Of a DNA stretch of 64,000 bases, positions 13,501 through 26,915 are shown in pieces. A program made the translations under genes and the position numbers. The stretch lies in NCBI RefSeq assembly GCF_009914755.1, contig NC_060926.1; one strand, given 5' to 3'. A model generated the notes under the pieces. That model searched no databases. It worked only from the letters and a program-made list of their open reading frames with translations, and had not been told where the DNA came from. Position 1 is the first letter of the stretch, and the number at the start of each line of letters is the position of its first letter. This stretch comes from the human T2T-CHM13v2.0 reference genome, Homo sapiens.

Positions 13501-14309
13501 TATGCATATATGTACACATTTGTTTTCAACCCAGATCAGGTAAATACAAACAATTATCTTGAAACCACACTGCTTTTAGGCAAGACAACATGAAAATAAA
13601 AAAGAAAATAGTTTTTAAAAATTCTTTATCTGTACTGTTTGTTTTCTCTTATGTTTTTTTTCCATTGATAAAAAAATGCATTTTGCATTTCAATTACTAA
13701 ATCCTTGAGGATTAAGACAGATTTAAATGAAAGAGGGGCTTATGTAAATATACCACCTTTGAGTCAGAAATAAGAACAATTTTCTTTTCTGCTCAAATAT
13801 CAACGCCCTGTTGAGAAGAAGATTCCCCAAAATGCTCAAGCAAGTGCTTAGAATGAAAACTCAGCCAGCACAGAGTGGAATGAAGAACTGGGAAAGCTTT
13901 ATCTGGAAGGTTTTATTTCCTGGGGGGAAACTGCACCTTTGAACTTAATAGCTTAACGGGAAGTACAATCAGCAACTAAGGTAGAAATGGACTTCATTGC
14001 TTTCCTTCAACACACAAAGTACATTCGAGTCTCATCACCAATTTATTATTAAGAATTTAATTGCCCAGGTGTTAAGCATTTTCTTTTTCTTTCCTGAATT
14101 CATTTACTGCAATTGTGAAATGATCAGTGATTATCCCCTATGTTCCTCCCTTAGATACTGATACCACCACGCTGGAACGATTTCTTATTCAACACTCTTG
14201 AGCTCTAGTTGACAATTCTGCATGCCCTTGGTTCACTTTTTGAAGCATGGGTACTGTGGGCCTTTTAAAATGTGTTACTTTTGATAGAAGGATAGAAGTG
14301 GGATAGTAA

Positions 14310-14608
<299 letters not shown>

Positions 14609-17499
14609 TGGATAATCATTTTTTGTTTTAAATGGGTTGTAAATTGTATGGTGTGAAGAGGATCTATTTCATCCTGATCCGTGTTAAAATGTAAAATTAA
14701 ACAGAACCACTATCAGGTCTCCCAGGAGGACTTTATTCTGTCATCTTCTTTGTTTCTTGACCACCACTCCCTTCCTCCAATCCATGTTAGTTGGCTGGCC
14801 ATTTAGGGAGCACGCAAAAATAGTGAAGGGCAGAGAGGAGTTTTAAACTGATATCAGTATGTTGGGTCATGGGTAACAGATCATCAGAGAAAATTATCCA
14901 GCTTCCTTTTAAAAGATTTTAACAGAAGGGATTTCAAGACTTGGAGTACCCAACCTTCTTTACCTTCATATATCCACATCCCTCCTACCCTTGATGACTT
15001 GATTCAATTATCATCTACTCTATAAAGCTCAATCTAAAATGAGCCTTCCTCTTCAAAGCTTTCATAGATTTTTGGTACAGCTAACTCATGTGGCCACTGG
15101 TCATGCACTTCCTTGCAGCATTGCCTCCCTTTGAACTTAACTGCTGTCATTATTTACTCTTCCTCGGTCTATGTCCTATTTTACTAGATTGTAAGCACCT
15201 GAAAAAAAGGATCTACATCTTCTATTCTTTAACAGTGCCTGGCACCATGCTTTGTATCTAAGGAGATCTTTCAATAATTATTATCGATTTCAAATATTAG
15301 CACCATGTAACTGGTTCACATAAAAATACAAGGATTAGGAAGTGGCTGGCAAGATGGCCAAATAGGAACAGCTCTGGTCTGCAGCTCCCAGGCAGATCAA
15401 TGCAGAAGGTGGGTGATTTTTGCATTCCCAACTGAGGTACCCAGCTCATCTCATTGGGACTGGTTAGACAGTGGGTGCGGCCCATGGAGAGCAAGCCAAA
15501 GCAGAGTGGGACATTGCCTCACCTGGGAAGCGCAAGGGGTCGGGGAACTCCCTCCCCAAGCCAAGGTAAGCCGTGAGGGACTGTGCCATGAAAAATGGTA
15601 CATTCCGGCCCAGATACTACGCTTTTCCCATAGGCTTTGCAACCCATAGACCAGGGGACCCCCTCAGGTGCCTACACCACCAGGGCCCTAGGTTTCAAAC
15701 ACAAAACTGGGTGGCCATTTGGGCAGACACCGAGCTAGCTGCAGGAGTTTTTTTTCCTACCCCAGTGGCACCTGGAACACCAGTGTGACAGAAGCGTTCA
15801 CCCCCCTGGAAAGGGGGCTAAAGCCAGGGAGCCAACTGGTCTAGCTCAGCGGATCCCACCCCAACAGAGCCCAGCAAGCTAAGACTCATTGGCTTGAAAT
15901 TCTCACTGCCAGCACAGCAGTCTGAAGTCTACCTGGGATGCTCAAGCTTGGTAGGGGGAGGGGCATCCACTATTACTGAGACTTGAGTAGACAGTCTTCC
16001 CTTCACAGTGTAAACAAAGCCTTTCGGAAGTTCGAACTGAGTAGAGCCCACTGCAGCTTGGCAAAGCCACTGTAACCAGACTGCCTCTCTAGATTCCTCC
16101 CCTCTGGGCAGGACATCCCTGAAAGAAAGGCAGCAGCCCCCGTCAGGGGCTTACAGATAAAATTCCCATCTCCCTGGGACAGAGCACCTGGGGGAAGGGG
16201 TGGGTGTGGGCACAGCTTCAGCAGATTTAAACGTTCCTGTCTGCCAGCTCTGAAGAGAGCAGCAGATCTCCCAACACAGTGTTTGAGCTCTGCTAAGGGA
16301 CAGACTGTCTCCTCAAGTGGGTGCCTGAACCCCCTGCCTCCTGACTGGGAGACACCTCCCAGCAGGGGTCAACAGACATAAAGGAGAGCTCCAGCTGGCA
16401 TCTGGCAGGTGCCCCTCTGGGACAAAGCTTCCAGAGGTAGGAACAGGCAGCAATCTTTGCTGTTCTGCAGCCACTGATGGTGATACTCAGGCAAACAGAC
16501 TCTGCAGTGGACCTCCAGCAAACTCCAGCAGACCTGAGCAGAGGGGCTGACTGTTAGAAGGAAAACTAACAAACAGAAAACAATAGCATCAACATCAACA
16601 AAAAGGACACCCACACCAAAACCCCATCCGAAGGTCACCAACATCAAAGACCAAAAGTAGATAAATCCACAAAGATGAGGAAAAACCAGTACAGAAAGGC
16701 TGAAAATTCCAGAAACCAGAACACCCCTTTTCTTCCAAAGGATCACAACTCCTCACCAGCAAGGGAACAAAACTGGATGAAAAATGAGTTTGACAAATTA
16801 ACTGATGTAGAAGGTGGCTTCAGACGGTGGCTAATAACAAACTCCTCTGAGCTAAAGGAGCACATTCTAACCCAAGGCAAGAAAGCTAAGAACCTTGAAA
16901 AAAGGTTAGAGGAATTGCTAACTAGAATAACCAGTTTAGAGAAGAACATAAATGACATGATGGAGCTGAAAAACAGCACAAGAACTTCGTGAAGCATACA
17001 CAAGTATCAATAGCCGAATTGATCAAGCAGAAGAAAGGATATCAGAGATTGAAGATCAACTTAATGAAATAAAATGTGAAGACAAGATTAGAAAATAAAG
17101 AATGAAAAGTAATGAACAAAGCCTCCAATAAATACGGGACTATGTAAAATGACTAAACTTACGTTTGATTGGTGTACCTGAAAGTGATGGAGAGGATGGA
17201 ACCAAGTTGGAAAACACTCTTCAGGATATTATCCAGGAGAACTTCCCCAACGTAGCAAGGCAGGCCAACATTCAAATTCAGGAAATACAGAGAACACCAC
17301 TAAGATACTCCTAAAAAGGAGCAACCCCAAGACACATAATCATCAGATTCACCAAGGTTGAAATGAAGGAAAAAATGTTAAGGGCAGCCAGAAAGAAAGG
17401 TCGGGTTACCCAAAAGGGAAGCCCATCAGACTACCAGTGGATCTGCTTGCAGAAACTCTACAAGCCAGAAGAGGCTGGGGGCCAATATTCAACATTCTT

Positions 17500-17665
17500 T
17501 TTTTTTTTATTATACTTTAAGTTTTAGGGTACATGTGCACAATGTGCAGGTTAGTTACATATGTATACATGTGCCGTACTGGTGCACTGCACCCACTAAC
17601 TCGTCATCTAGCATTAGGTATATCTCCCAATGCTATCCCTCCCCCCTCCCCACTCCCCTCACCCC
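17500..17665 (-). mobile_element. Short 5'-truncated young L1 (L1PA2/L1PA3-type 3' end)
   Basis: Reverse reads GGGAGATATACCTAATGCTAGATGACGAGTTAGTGGGTGCAG...AAAGTATAAT(A)n; GAG (non-Ta) diagnostic; flanked by TCAACATTCTT. Confidence 0.9.
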
Positions 17666-17676
17666 TCAACATTCTT

Positions 17677-18648
17677 TCTTTTTTCTTTTTTTTTTTTTTT
17701 TTGGAAGTTGATTTTTAATGATAAAGTACAATGGAGGGAGGGCAGAGGGGCTAAGCCTAGCTGTCTGGGTTGCTGTGGTGGTGGTGGGCTGGCTACACAA
17801 ACTGTTGCTGCTGCTGCTGCTTCTTGGTGGCCGCCTTGCTGGCGAGGTCCTTGGCCTTCTCTGTAGCTGCCAGTGCCGTCTCCTCTGCCTTCTCCTTGGC
17901 TTCCTTGGCTGTCTCAAGTGTTTTGGAAGGGGCCTCGCCTTGCAGCTTAGTCAAGATATATTCAAAACCCTTCATAGTCTTGGTCACGTTGCTTTTGAAC
18001 TGGGCAAGACCAAATTCCTGGACAGCTCTGGAGACACCAAATAAGCTAGAGGAGACCCAGGCTTCCCGGCGGATTTCAGTCCAGCCGCTGTTGTCAGAGT
18101 TCACACAGTAAACACATCGTTCCTCCACCACCATCAGCCGGGCGTGGTTGATGTTCCAGGTGAAGGTAGTCATGGTCTGATTCTGTGGGTCCACAATAGA
18201 GTCCTCCAGGATGTACACCGAGTGAGCAACATTGGCAGGAAATAGTTGCTTGGCCCAGCGTGGCATTCTGTTGGTCTTGGTCAGGAGTCGCCGGGACAGC
18301 AGTTTCTGGTCAGGGGTCACCTCCCGGTGTACTATGTCTTCCGTCAAGACATGTTTGCTATAGGGATTCGGGTACCGCTGCCAGAAGGCGGCGAACACTT
18401 GTCCCAGGAACTCCGGAGCACGCTCTGGCCCAGGAAATACTTAACCATCGTCCTGGCCGAAGTGGGCTCAGCACCCGCGCAGCATCAGGGGTGCGGAGCC
18501 TGGGAGGCACGCGGGGGCCGGGCCAGGCCGGGGCTCGGCGCACACCTGCTGCCAGGCTCGTAGCTCAGTCACCACCGCACGGCGCCCAAGCAGCTGCTGC
18601 CGCCGCCATGAGTTGTCCGACCGCGCGCCACTTCCGGCGCAGCCCCGC
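17677..18648 (-). pseudogene. PRELID1P6: PRELID1 processed pseudogene (5'UTR, CDS 18448-17793, ATTAAA, poly-A)
   Basis: Intronless PRELI/MSF1 peptide FAAFWQRYPNPYSKHVLTED...QQQQQQFV; 1-nt deletion after WD (codon ~17) frameshifts the ATG frame; poly-A tail; TSD TCAACATTCTT. Paralog number is from memory. Confidence 0.95.
18360..18648. promoter_or_regulatory. CpG-rich segment from the PRELID1 5'UTR with ETS/GABPA-type motif CCGGAAGTG (minus, 18629-18637)
   Basis: Dense CpG/GC content in otherwise CpG-poor DNA; activity unknown. Confidence 0.4.
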
Positions 18649-21600
18649 TCAACATTCTTAAAGAAAAGAATTTTCAGCCCAGAATCTCATATCCAATCAA
18701 ACTAAGCTTCATAAATGAAAAAGAAATAACGTCTTTTACAGACAAGCAAATGCTGAGAGATTTTTTCACCACCAGGCCTGCCTTACAAGAGCTCCTGAAG
18801 GAAGCACTAAATATGGAAAGGAAAAACTGGTACCTGCCACTGCAAAAACATACCAAATTGTAAAGACCATCAACGCTATGAAGAAACTGCATCAATGGGC
18901 AAAATAACCAGCTAGCATCATAATGACAGGATCAAATTCACACAAAACAATATTAAACTCAAATGTAAATGGGCTAAATGCCCCAATTAAAAGACACAGA
19001 CTGACAAATTGGATAGAGTCAAGACCTGTCAGTGTGCTGTATTCAGGAGACCCACCTCGCGTGTAAAGACACATACAGGCTCAAAATAAAGGGATGGAGG
19101 AATATTTACCAAGCAAATGGAAAGCAGAAAAAAAAAAAAGAAGGGGTTGCATTCCTAGTCTCTGTAAAACAGACTTTAAACCAACAAAGATCAAAAAAGA
19201 CAAAGAAGAACATTACATTATTGTAAAGGGATCAACACAACAAGAAGAGCTAACTATCCTAAATATACATGAACCCAATACAGGAGCACCCAGATTCATA
19301 AAGCAAGTTCTTAGAGACCTACAAAGAGACTTAGACTCCCACACAATAATAGTGGGAGTCTTTAACACCCCACTGTCAATATCAGACAGATCAACAAGAC
19401 AGAAAATTAACAAGGATATTCAGGACTTGAACTTAGCTCTGGACCAAGTGGACCTAATAGACATGTTCAGAACCCTCCACCCAAAATCAACAGAATATAA
19501 ATTCTCAGCACCACATTGCACTTATTCTAAAACTGACCACATATGTGGAAGTGAAACACTCCTCAGCAAATGCAAAAGAACAGAAATCATAACAAACAGT
19601 CACTCAAACCATAGTGCAATCAAATTAGAACTCAGGATTAAGAAACTCACTCAAAACTGCACAACTACATGGACACTAAACAACCTGCTCCTGAATGACT
19701 ACTGGGTAAATAACGAAATTAAGGCAGAAATAAGTAAGTTCTCTGAAGCCAATGAGAACAAAGACACAACGTATCAGAATCTCTGGGGCACTGCTAAAGT
19801 AGTGTTTAAAGGGAAATTTATAGCACTAAATGCCCACAGGAGAAAGTGGGAAAGATCTAAAATTGACACCCTGACATCACAATTAAAAGAACTAGAGAAG
19901 CAAGAGCAAACTAACTCAAAAGCTAGCAGAAGACAAGAAATAACTAAGATTAGAGCAGAACTGCAGATTAGAACAGAAAAACCCTTCAAGGAATCAATAA
20001 ATCCAGGAGCTGGTTTTTTGAAAAGATTAACAAAATAGATAGACCTCTAGCCAGACTAATATAGAAGAAAAGAGAGAAGAATCAAATAGACACAATAAAA
20101 AAAGATAAAGGGGAGATTACCACTGATCCCACAGAAATACAAACTACCATCAGAGAATACTATAAACATCTCTGTGTAAATAAACTAGAAAATCTAGAAG
20201 AAATGGATACATTCCTGCACATATACACCCTCCCAAGACTAAACCAGGAAGAAGTCAAACCCTGAGTAGACCAATAACAAATTCTGAAATTCAGTCAGGA
20301 ATTAATAGCTTACCAACCAAAAAAAGCCCAGAACCAGATGGATTCACAGCCGAATTCTACCAAAGGTACAAAGAGGAGCTGGTACCATTCCTTCTGAAAC
20401 TATTCCAAACAATAGAAAAAGAGGGACGCTTCCCTAACTCATTTTATGAGGCCAGCATCATCCTGATACCAAAACCTGGCAGAGACAACAAAAAAAGAAA
20501 ATTTCATGACAATATCCCTGATGAACATTGATGTGAAAATCCTCAAAACAATACTGGCAAACCAAATCCAGCAGCACATCAAAAGGCTGATCCACCACTA
20601 TCAAGTGAGCTTCATCCCTGGGACACAAGGCTGGTTCCACATATGCAAATCAATAAACGTAATCCATCACATAAACAGAACCAATGACAAAAACCACATG
20701 AATATCTCAACAGATGCAGAAAAGGCCTTTGGTAAAATGCAACACCCCTTCATGCAAAAAACTCTCAATAATCTAGGTATTGATGGAATGTATCTCAAAA
20801 TAATAAGAGCTATTTATGACAAACCCATAGCCAATATCATACGGAATGGGCAAAAGCTGGAAGCATTCCCTTTCAAAACAGGCACAAGACAAGGATGCTC
20901 TCTCTCTCACCACTCCTATTCAACATATTGGAAGTTCTGGCGAGGGCAATTAGGCAAGAGAAAGAAATAAAGGGTATTCAAACAGGAAGAGAGGAAGTCA
21001 AATTGTCTCTGTTTGAAGATAACATCATTGTATATTTAGAAAACCCCATCGTCTGAGCCCAATGTCTCCTTAAGCTGATAAGCAACTTCAGCAAACTATC
21101 AGGATACAAAATCAATGTGCAAAAATCGCAAGCATTCTTATACACGGATAATAGACAAACAGAGAGCCAAATCATGAGTGAACTCCCATTCACAATTGCC
21201 ACAAAGAGAATAAAATGTCTAGGAATACAACTTACAAGGGATGTGAAGAGGGATGTGAAGGACCTCTTCAAGGGGAACTACAAACCACGCTCAAGGCAAT
21301 AAAAGAACACAAACAAATGGAAAAACATTCCATGCTCATGGATGGGAAGAATCAATATCGTGAAAATGGCCATACTGCCTAAAGTAATTCATAGATTCAA
21401 TGCTATCCCCATCAAGCTACCATTGACTTTCTTCACAGAATTAGAAAAAACTACTTTAAATTTCATATGGAACCAAAAAAGAGCCCATATAGCCAAGACA
21501 ATCCTAAGCAAAAATAACAAAGCTGGAGGCACCATGCTACCTGACTTCAAATTATACTACAAGGCTACAGTAACCAAAACAGCATGGTACTGATACTAAA

Positions 21601-23002
21601 ACAGATATATAGACCTATGGAACAGAACTGAGGCCTTAGAAATAAGACCATACATCTACAACCATCTGATCTTTGACAAACCTGACAAAAACAAGCAGAG
21701 GGGAAAGGATTCCCTATTTAATAAATGGTGTTGGGAAAACTGGCTAGCCATATGCAGAAAACTGAAACTGGACCCCTTCCTTACACCTTATACAAAAATT
21801 AACTCAAGATGGATTAAAGACTTAAATGTAAGACCTAAAACCGTAAAAACCCTGGAAGAAAACCTAGGCAATATCATTCAGGACATAGGCATGGGCAAAG
21901 ACTTCGTGACCAAAATACCAAAAGCAACGGCAACAAAAGCTAAAATTGACAAATTGGATCTAATTAAACCTAAGAGCTTCTGCACAGCAAAATAAATTAT
22001 CATTAGAGTGAACAGGCAACCTACAGAATGGGAGAAAATATTTGCAATCTATCTATCTGACAGAGGGATAATATTCAGAATCTACAAAGAACTTAAACAA
22101 ATTTACAAGAAAAAATAACCCCATTAAAAAAGGATATGAACAGACACTTCTCAAAAGAAGACATTTATGCAGCCAATAAACATATTTTAAAAAGCTCATC
22201 ATCACTGGTCATTAGAGAAATGCAAATCAAAACCACAATGAGATACCATCTCATACCAGTTAGAATGGCAATCATCAAAATGTCAGGAAACAACAGATGA
22301 TGGAGAGGATGTGGAGAAACAGGAACGATTTTACACTGTTGGTGGGAATGTAAATTAGTTCAACCATTGTGGCAGACATTGTTGCCATTCCTCAAGGATC
22401 TAGAACCAGAAATACAATACATCACACACTGGGGTCTGCCATGGGGTGCAAGGATAGGGGAGGGATACCATTAGGAAAAATATCTAATGTAGATGACGGG
22501 TTGATGGGTGCAGCAAACCACCATGGCACATGTCATGCTGTGTAACAAACCTGCACGTTCTGCACATGTATCCCAGAACTTAAAGCATAATTAAAAAAAA
22601 AAAAAGCCCAAGAGAATAAAGTATATAAATAACAACAACAACAACAAAATCCAAGAATTAGTTGAATGACACATTTGGTGACTACTTCCATTAATAAGTA
22701 ATTTTTCTGCTTTGACCTTAGTTATTTTGTTTTCTAAAACATTAATCTCAAATGCTATAATTTTTATTCTCAGTTTTCCAATAACAGGATTGCTAGAACA
22801 CAACATTTAGTTGAAAAGACAAAGCTCATGTATTGTCAACCTCCCCCAAGATTGTCATGATCTGGAGTTATAATATTCAAGGAGTATTCCACTGACGATT
22901 TTTACACCCTAGTCAGTGACTAGATTAGAGAGACACAGAGATTAGAGAGACATAGAGAAACTTCTTTTCGTTCTTTAAAAATACTGAAAATCATATCTGT
23001 AA

Positions 23003-23795
23003 TGATAAAGACAGGAGGCAGAGAAATTCTAGGCAGAAAAGGGCGGGGTCCCTTGCGAAGCTCCACTTTCAAGCCTGGAACCACAGCCCAAAGTGAGAAC
23101 ATGCATTCCCGTTTTACCACTCCAACGTTGCCTTTTCCAACCACCCATGGCCCGACCTGCCCCCCATCTTGTACCCATAAAAACCCTAGGCTCCACTGGT
23201 AGAGAGCAGATAAAGGGAAAAGAGAAGGAGTAGTTGAACATTGGAGAGAAGCAGCTTAACTTCAACGGGACGGCTTGACAGTGGGACTTCGGAGCAGAGT
23301 CCCTCCAGAGACTGCCAGACTTGAAGGGAAGAATACCTTCCCGCTCCATTCCCTTTCCAGCTGAGCACCACTTCCATCGGCAATAAAATCCTCTGCATTC
23401 ACCACCCTTCAATTTGTTCGTGGGACCTGATTTTTCCTGGACGCCGAACAAGAGCTTGGGTGCCATGTCTGCAGATGCTAAAGGCTGTCACACTGACCCT
23501 CTGCCCTCCTGGTGGAGAGCAACTGCCTGACGCAAAAACGCAGAGGGCCCACTGAGCTGTTTAACACTTGAGCCGTCCTCGGACGGCAAAACTAAAAGAG
23601 CGCACTGTAACGCACACCCTCTGGGGCTTTAGGGGTCATGGGTATCCCCAGACTGGATCCTGCCGCGAGGACTCCTGGCACCCGCCCACCTGCGTGCTCC
23701 TGGTCCTGCTAGGGGTTGAGAGCTGTGGGCTGAGAAAGCTGAGGCAGCCTTGTCGCCGAGGCCCGCAAAGGGGTCAGGGAAAATCTCCTGTTTCA
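23003..23795 (+). mobile_element. LTR1-family solo LTR (ERV1)
   Basis: TGATAAAGACAGGAGGCAG...TTTCA termini, perfect 4-bp TSD GTAA, AATAAA at ~23382, CpG-rich U5. Confidence 0.85.
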
Positions 23796-26627
23796 GTAAT
23801 GTTATATATAGTCTATATACCAGCTTTCTGCTCTACAAAATAGGATAATGGTAACTACTATTTTTCTATTTTATAGCGATAAAAAATTTTTTTCTCAATA
23901 GAAAAAAATGCTATTTTCCACTTTCAAAACAAAATGAATATCATAAAGATAATTACATTCACTCAGTGAGAGAGAATAGATATCATCTTTTTTGTATAAT
24001 ATCAAATATAATATAAAATATTTTGCTAATGAACATACCTTCTGACAATTCTATGTATGACTTTCTAAACAGAAACCACAACAGAGCTATCTTAAAATAA
24101 TCGATTTAAAAAGCATAAGTTTCAACTGAGGAAAAACTAAGACAGAGTGATCTTAAAATAGAGAGGTTTCAGTTTAAGATTCAAAACAGAAAATTTTTCA
24201 AGCTTCTGTTCTATGAGGAAATTCACAGCTGTGAGTTTAGATACCATCTGGTTTAGGAGGCCTCAGTTTTTCCATACAAAGGACCAGCTCCCAATTTGAC
24301 ATCTTGGTATGTGGCCTAAGGGAGTTGGTAATAATGTCCTTTACAGCAGCTGCTCAACTTTTTAATAGACAATCACAGGGGTCTGAGAGAAGGGCACATC
24401 CTATGGCAACTGGCTTAGCAACCAATTGACCTAATGCCTGCAAAGTGCCTCCTAAGAACCCAGATCCAGGACCACAATACAGAAAACCAACTTGGAGCTG
24501 GAATGGGCTTCACAGTTACCTAGTCTAGTGGTCCCACACTTGGACTCAACAATGAGTTTCCAAAACAAAACAACAACCACCCAACAAAACAAAAAGTTTC
24601 ACAGGGCTTTAGCTTCTAGAAAGGTAGAGTAGACATTCTTTCATCTATTATTTCCTCTAAGTATAACTAAAGGAGTAACATGGTGGTGAGTTCTCTGGGC
24701 TTTATTTTTACCTTGTATAGATCCCAGAAGCCAGCAAAGTGGAAACACCAACAGGCACAGACAAACAAAGAAAAAAGCCCATCATAAGTCTGCTCTCTCT
24801 AGCCAAAGGAGCAGGAAAGGGGGCAGCTTTGCAACAGAAAAAACTTCTAGGCAATAATTGCTCTACACCACAGAAAAGAACTGTAACCCCATCTTAGCTA
24901 CACCAGCAAATGCCAAATGGGGAGCCCAAAGTTCCCCTCAGGCCGTGCTGTAAAAAGGCATCATAACCCCACCACTGGGGAAGTATCAGAGAAGGCCAAG
25001 TAGAATTCTATGACTTTCATCCCACTAGGAAATTTGAGAAATTTTACGGTATCAGTGGAGACTACATGGGAAGTCTGGACTTCCACCGTACTCGGTATTA
25101 ATGAGGCACTCCTCTCCCACCTACATGCTATGTGGTATCAGAGGAGAGCTAGTGGACAGTAAGGACTTATATCAGCAAAGAAAGCCACCTCCCTCCTGGT
25201 GGCAGTGGAGGCCATGCGGGAAGCAATGATGACACACTCCTACCCCTTTCAGTCAGGAAGTATCAGTAAAGGCTTAGTGGAGAGTTGGAACTTCCACTCC
25301 CACCCAGCAGTAACAAGGAGCCCTCAACCCCACTTGGGTATCAGTGGAGGTTGAGGGAGGGACCTAAATGTCTACCCTCAGCTGGCAATAAAGCGGTGGT
25401 GCCCCCACCCTTCCTGCCGTAGCACTGTCAGAGAAAGCCATGTAAAACAAAACATGTAACTAAGATCTGGAGTTTCATAATGTAATACTCAAAATGTCCA
25501 GATTTCCATTGAAAATTACTTGTCACACCATGAACTAAAAAATTTCAAACTGAATGAAAATAGACAATGAATAGATGCCAATACTGAGATGACAGAAACG
25601 TTATGATTTAAATCTGACAAGGATTTAAAGGCAGCTATTATAAATGCTTCAATGAGAAATTATGAACATGCTTGGAACAAATGAAAAATCAGAAAAGCTA
25701 AGCATAAGTGATGTGCAATATCTACAGCAACCATGAAAAAATTATAACAAAAAGATACACTCAAAAAACTGTATCTAAATAAATAGAATTCACAAACGTA
25801 TTCAAGTAACCCACAAGAATTAAGGAAAAATAAAATGGAAACAAAACCCGGAGGAAACAAATAGAAAGCAAAAATGAAGTGGCAAATTTAAACTCTAATA
25901 TATCAATAATTACTTTAAAGGAAAATGGTCTAAAGGCATCAGTTAAAAGACAGATTGAAAGAAGGGATTTAAAAAGATGACCTAACTACATACAGTCTAC
26001 AAGAAACTTACTTCAAATATAATGATAGAGACAGGGTTGAAAGTAAAAGAATGAAAAAAGATATCATGCAAACATTAATCAAAAAGAAAGCAAGTGTGTC
26101 TATATTAATATCAGATAAAGAGAAAAAAACTCCCAGGGACAGAGAAGGCCTTTAATGTAATGATAAAATGATCATTCCACCAAGAAGACATAGCAATCCT
26201 ACATATGTATGCACCAAACAACAGAGATGCAAAATATGTGAAGCAAAAACTGATAGGATTAATGAGATAGACAAATACACAATCATAGTTGGAGATATCA
26301 GCACCTCTTTCTCAACAATGGATAGATCAATGAGACAGAAAGATCTGTAAGCTACAGAAGAACTCAACAACATCAACCAACAGAATTCTACCCTCCAAAC
26401 AGCAAAGTATGCATTCTTTTCAAGTTTTCCTGAATATGTACCAAGATAGACCTTATTCTAGGCAATAAAACAAACCTCAACAAATTTAAAAGAACTGAAA
26501 TAATACAGAGTATGTTCTCTGATCACAGTGAAGTCAAATTAGAAATCAACAATGGAAAGACAATAGGAAAATCACTAAATACTTGGAAAGTAAACAAGTA
26601 ATGAAAATATAATATATCAAAAATTGT

Positions 26628-26915
26628 GGGCTCACACCTATAATCTCAGCACTTTGGGAGGCCTAGGTGGATGGAACACCTGAGGTAAGGAGTTCGACAC
26701 CAGCCTGGCCAAATGGTCAAACCCCATCTCTACTAAAAATACAAAAAATTAGCTGGGTGTGGCAGTGCACACCTGTAATCCCAGGTACTAAGGAGGCTGA
26801 AGCAGGAGAATCACTTGAATCCGAGAGGCAGAGGTTGCAGTGAGCAAGATTGCGCCACTGCATTCCAGTCTAGGCAACAGAGTGAGACTCCATCTCAAAA
26901 TAAATTTAAAAAAAA
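26628..26915 (+). mobile_element. Alu in L1M
   Basis: Alu body; TSD AAAAATTGTG. Confidence 0.9.

Larger units (their letters stand above)
15339..22645 (+). mobile_element. Near full-length L1PA7-like LINE-1 (5'UTR, disrupted ORF1/ORF2, 3'UTR with internal deletion near 22415)
   Basis: L1 5' end GCAAGATGGCCAAATAGGAACAGCTC; ORF1 fragment 16675-16992; endonuclease fragment 19094-20038; RT fragments; 16-bp TSD AAAAT(A/C)CAAG(G/A)ATTAG at 15323-15338 and 22646-22661. Confidence 0.93.

Noticed and set aside
17500-18648. Single template-switch chimera of L1 and PRELID1 (U6/L1 type)
   Set aside because: A full TSD copy and a second poly-A lie between the two parts, which a simple template switch would not produce.
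19094-21593. Long ORFs (314 aa, 154 aa) as a novel gene
   Set aside because: They are L1 ORF2 endonuclease/RT remnants separated by frameshifts and stops.
24975-25440. CRISPR-like spaced repeats
   Set aside because: Units are degenerate along their whole length, lie inside an L1 5' region, and have no cas genes; the context is mammalian.
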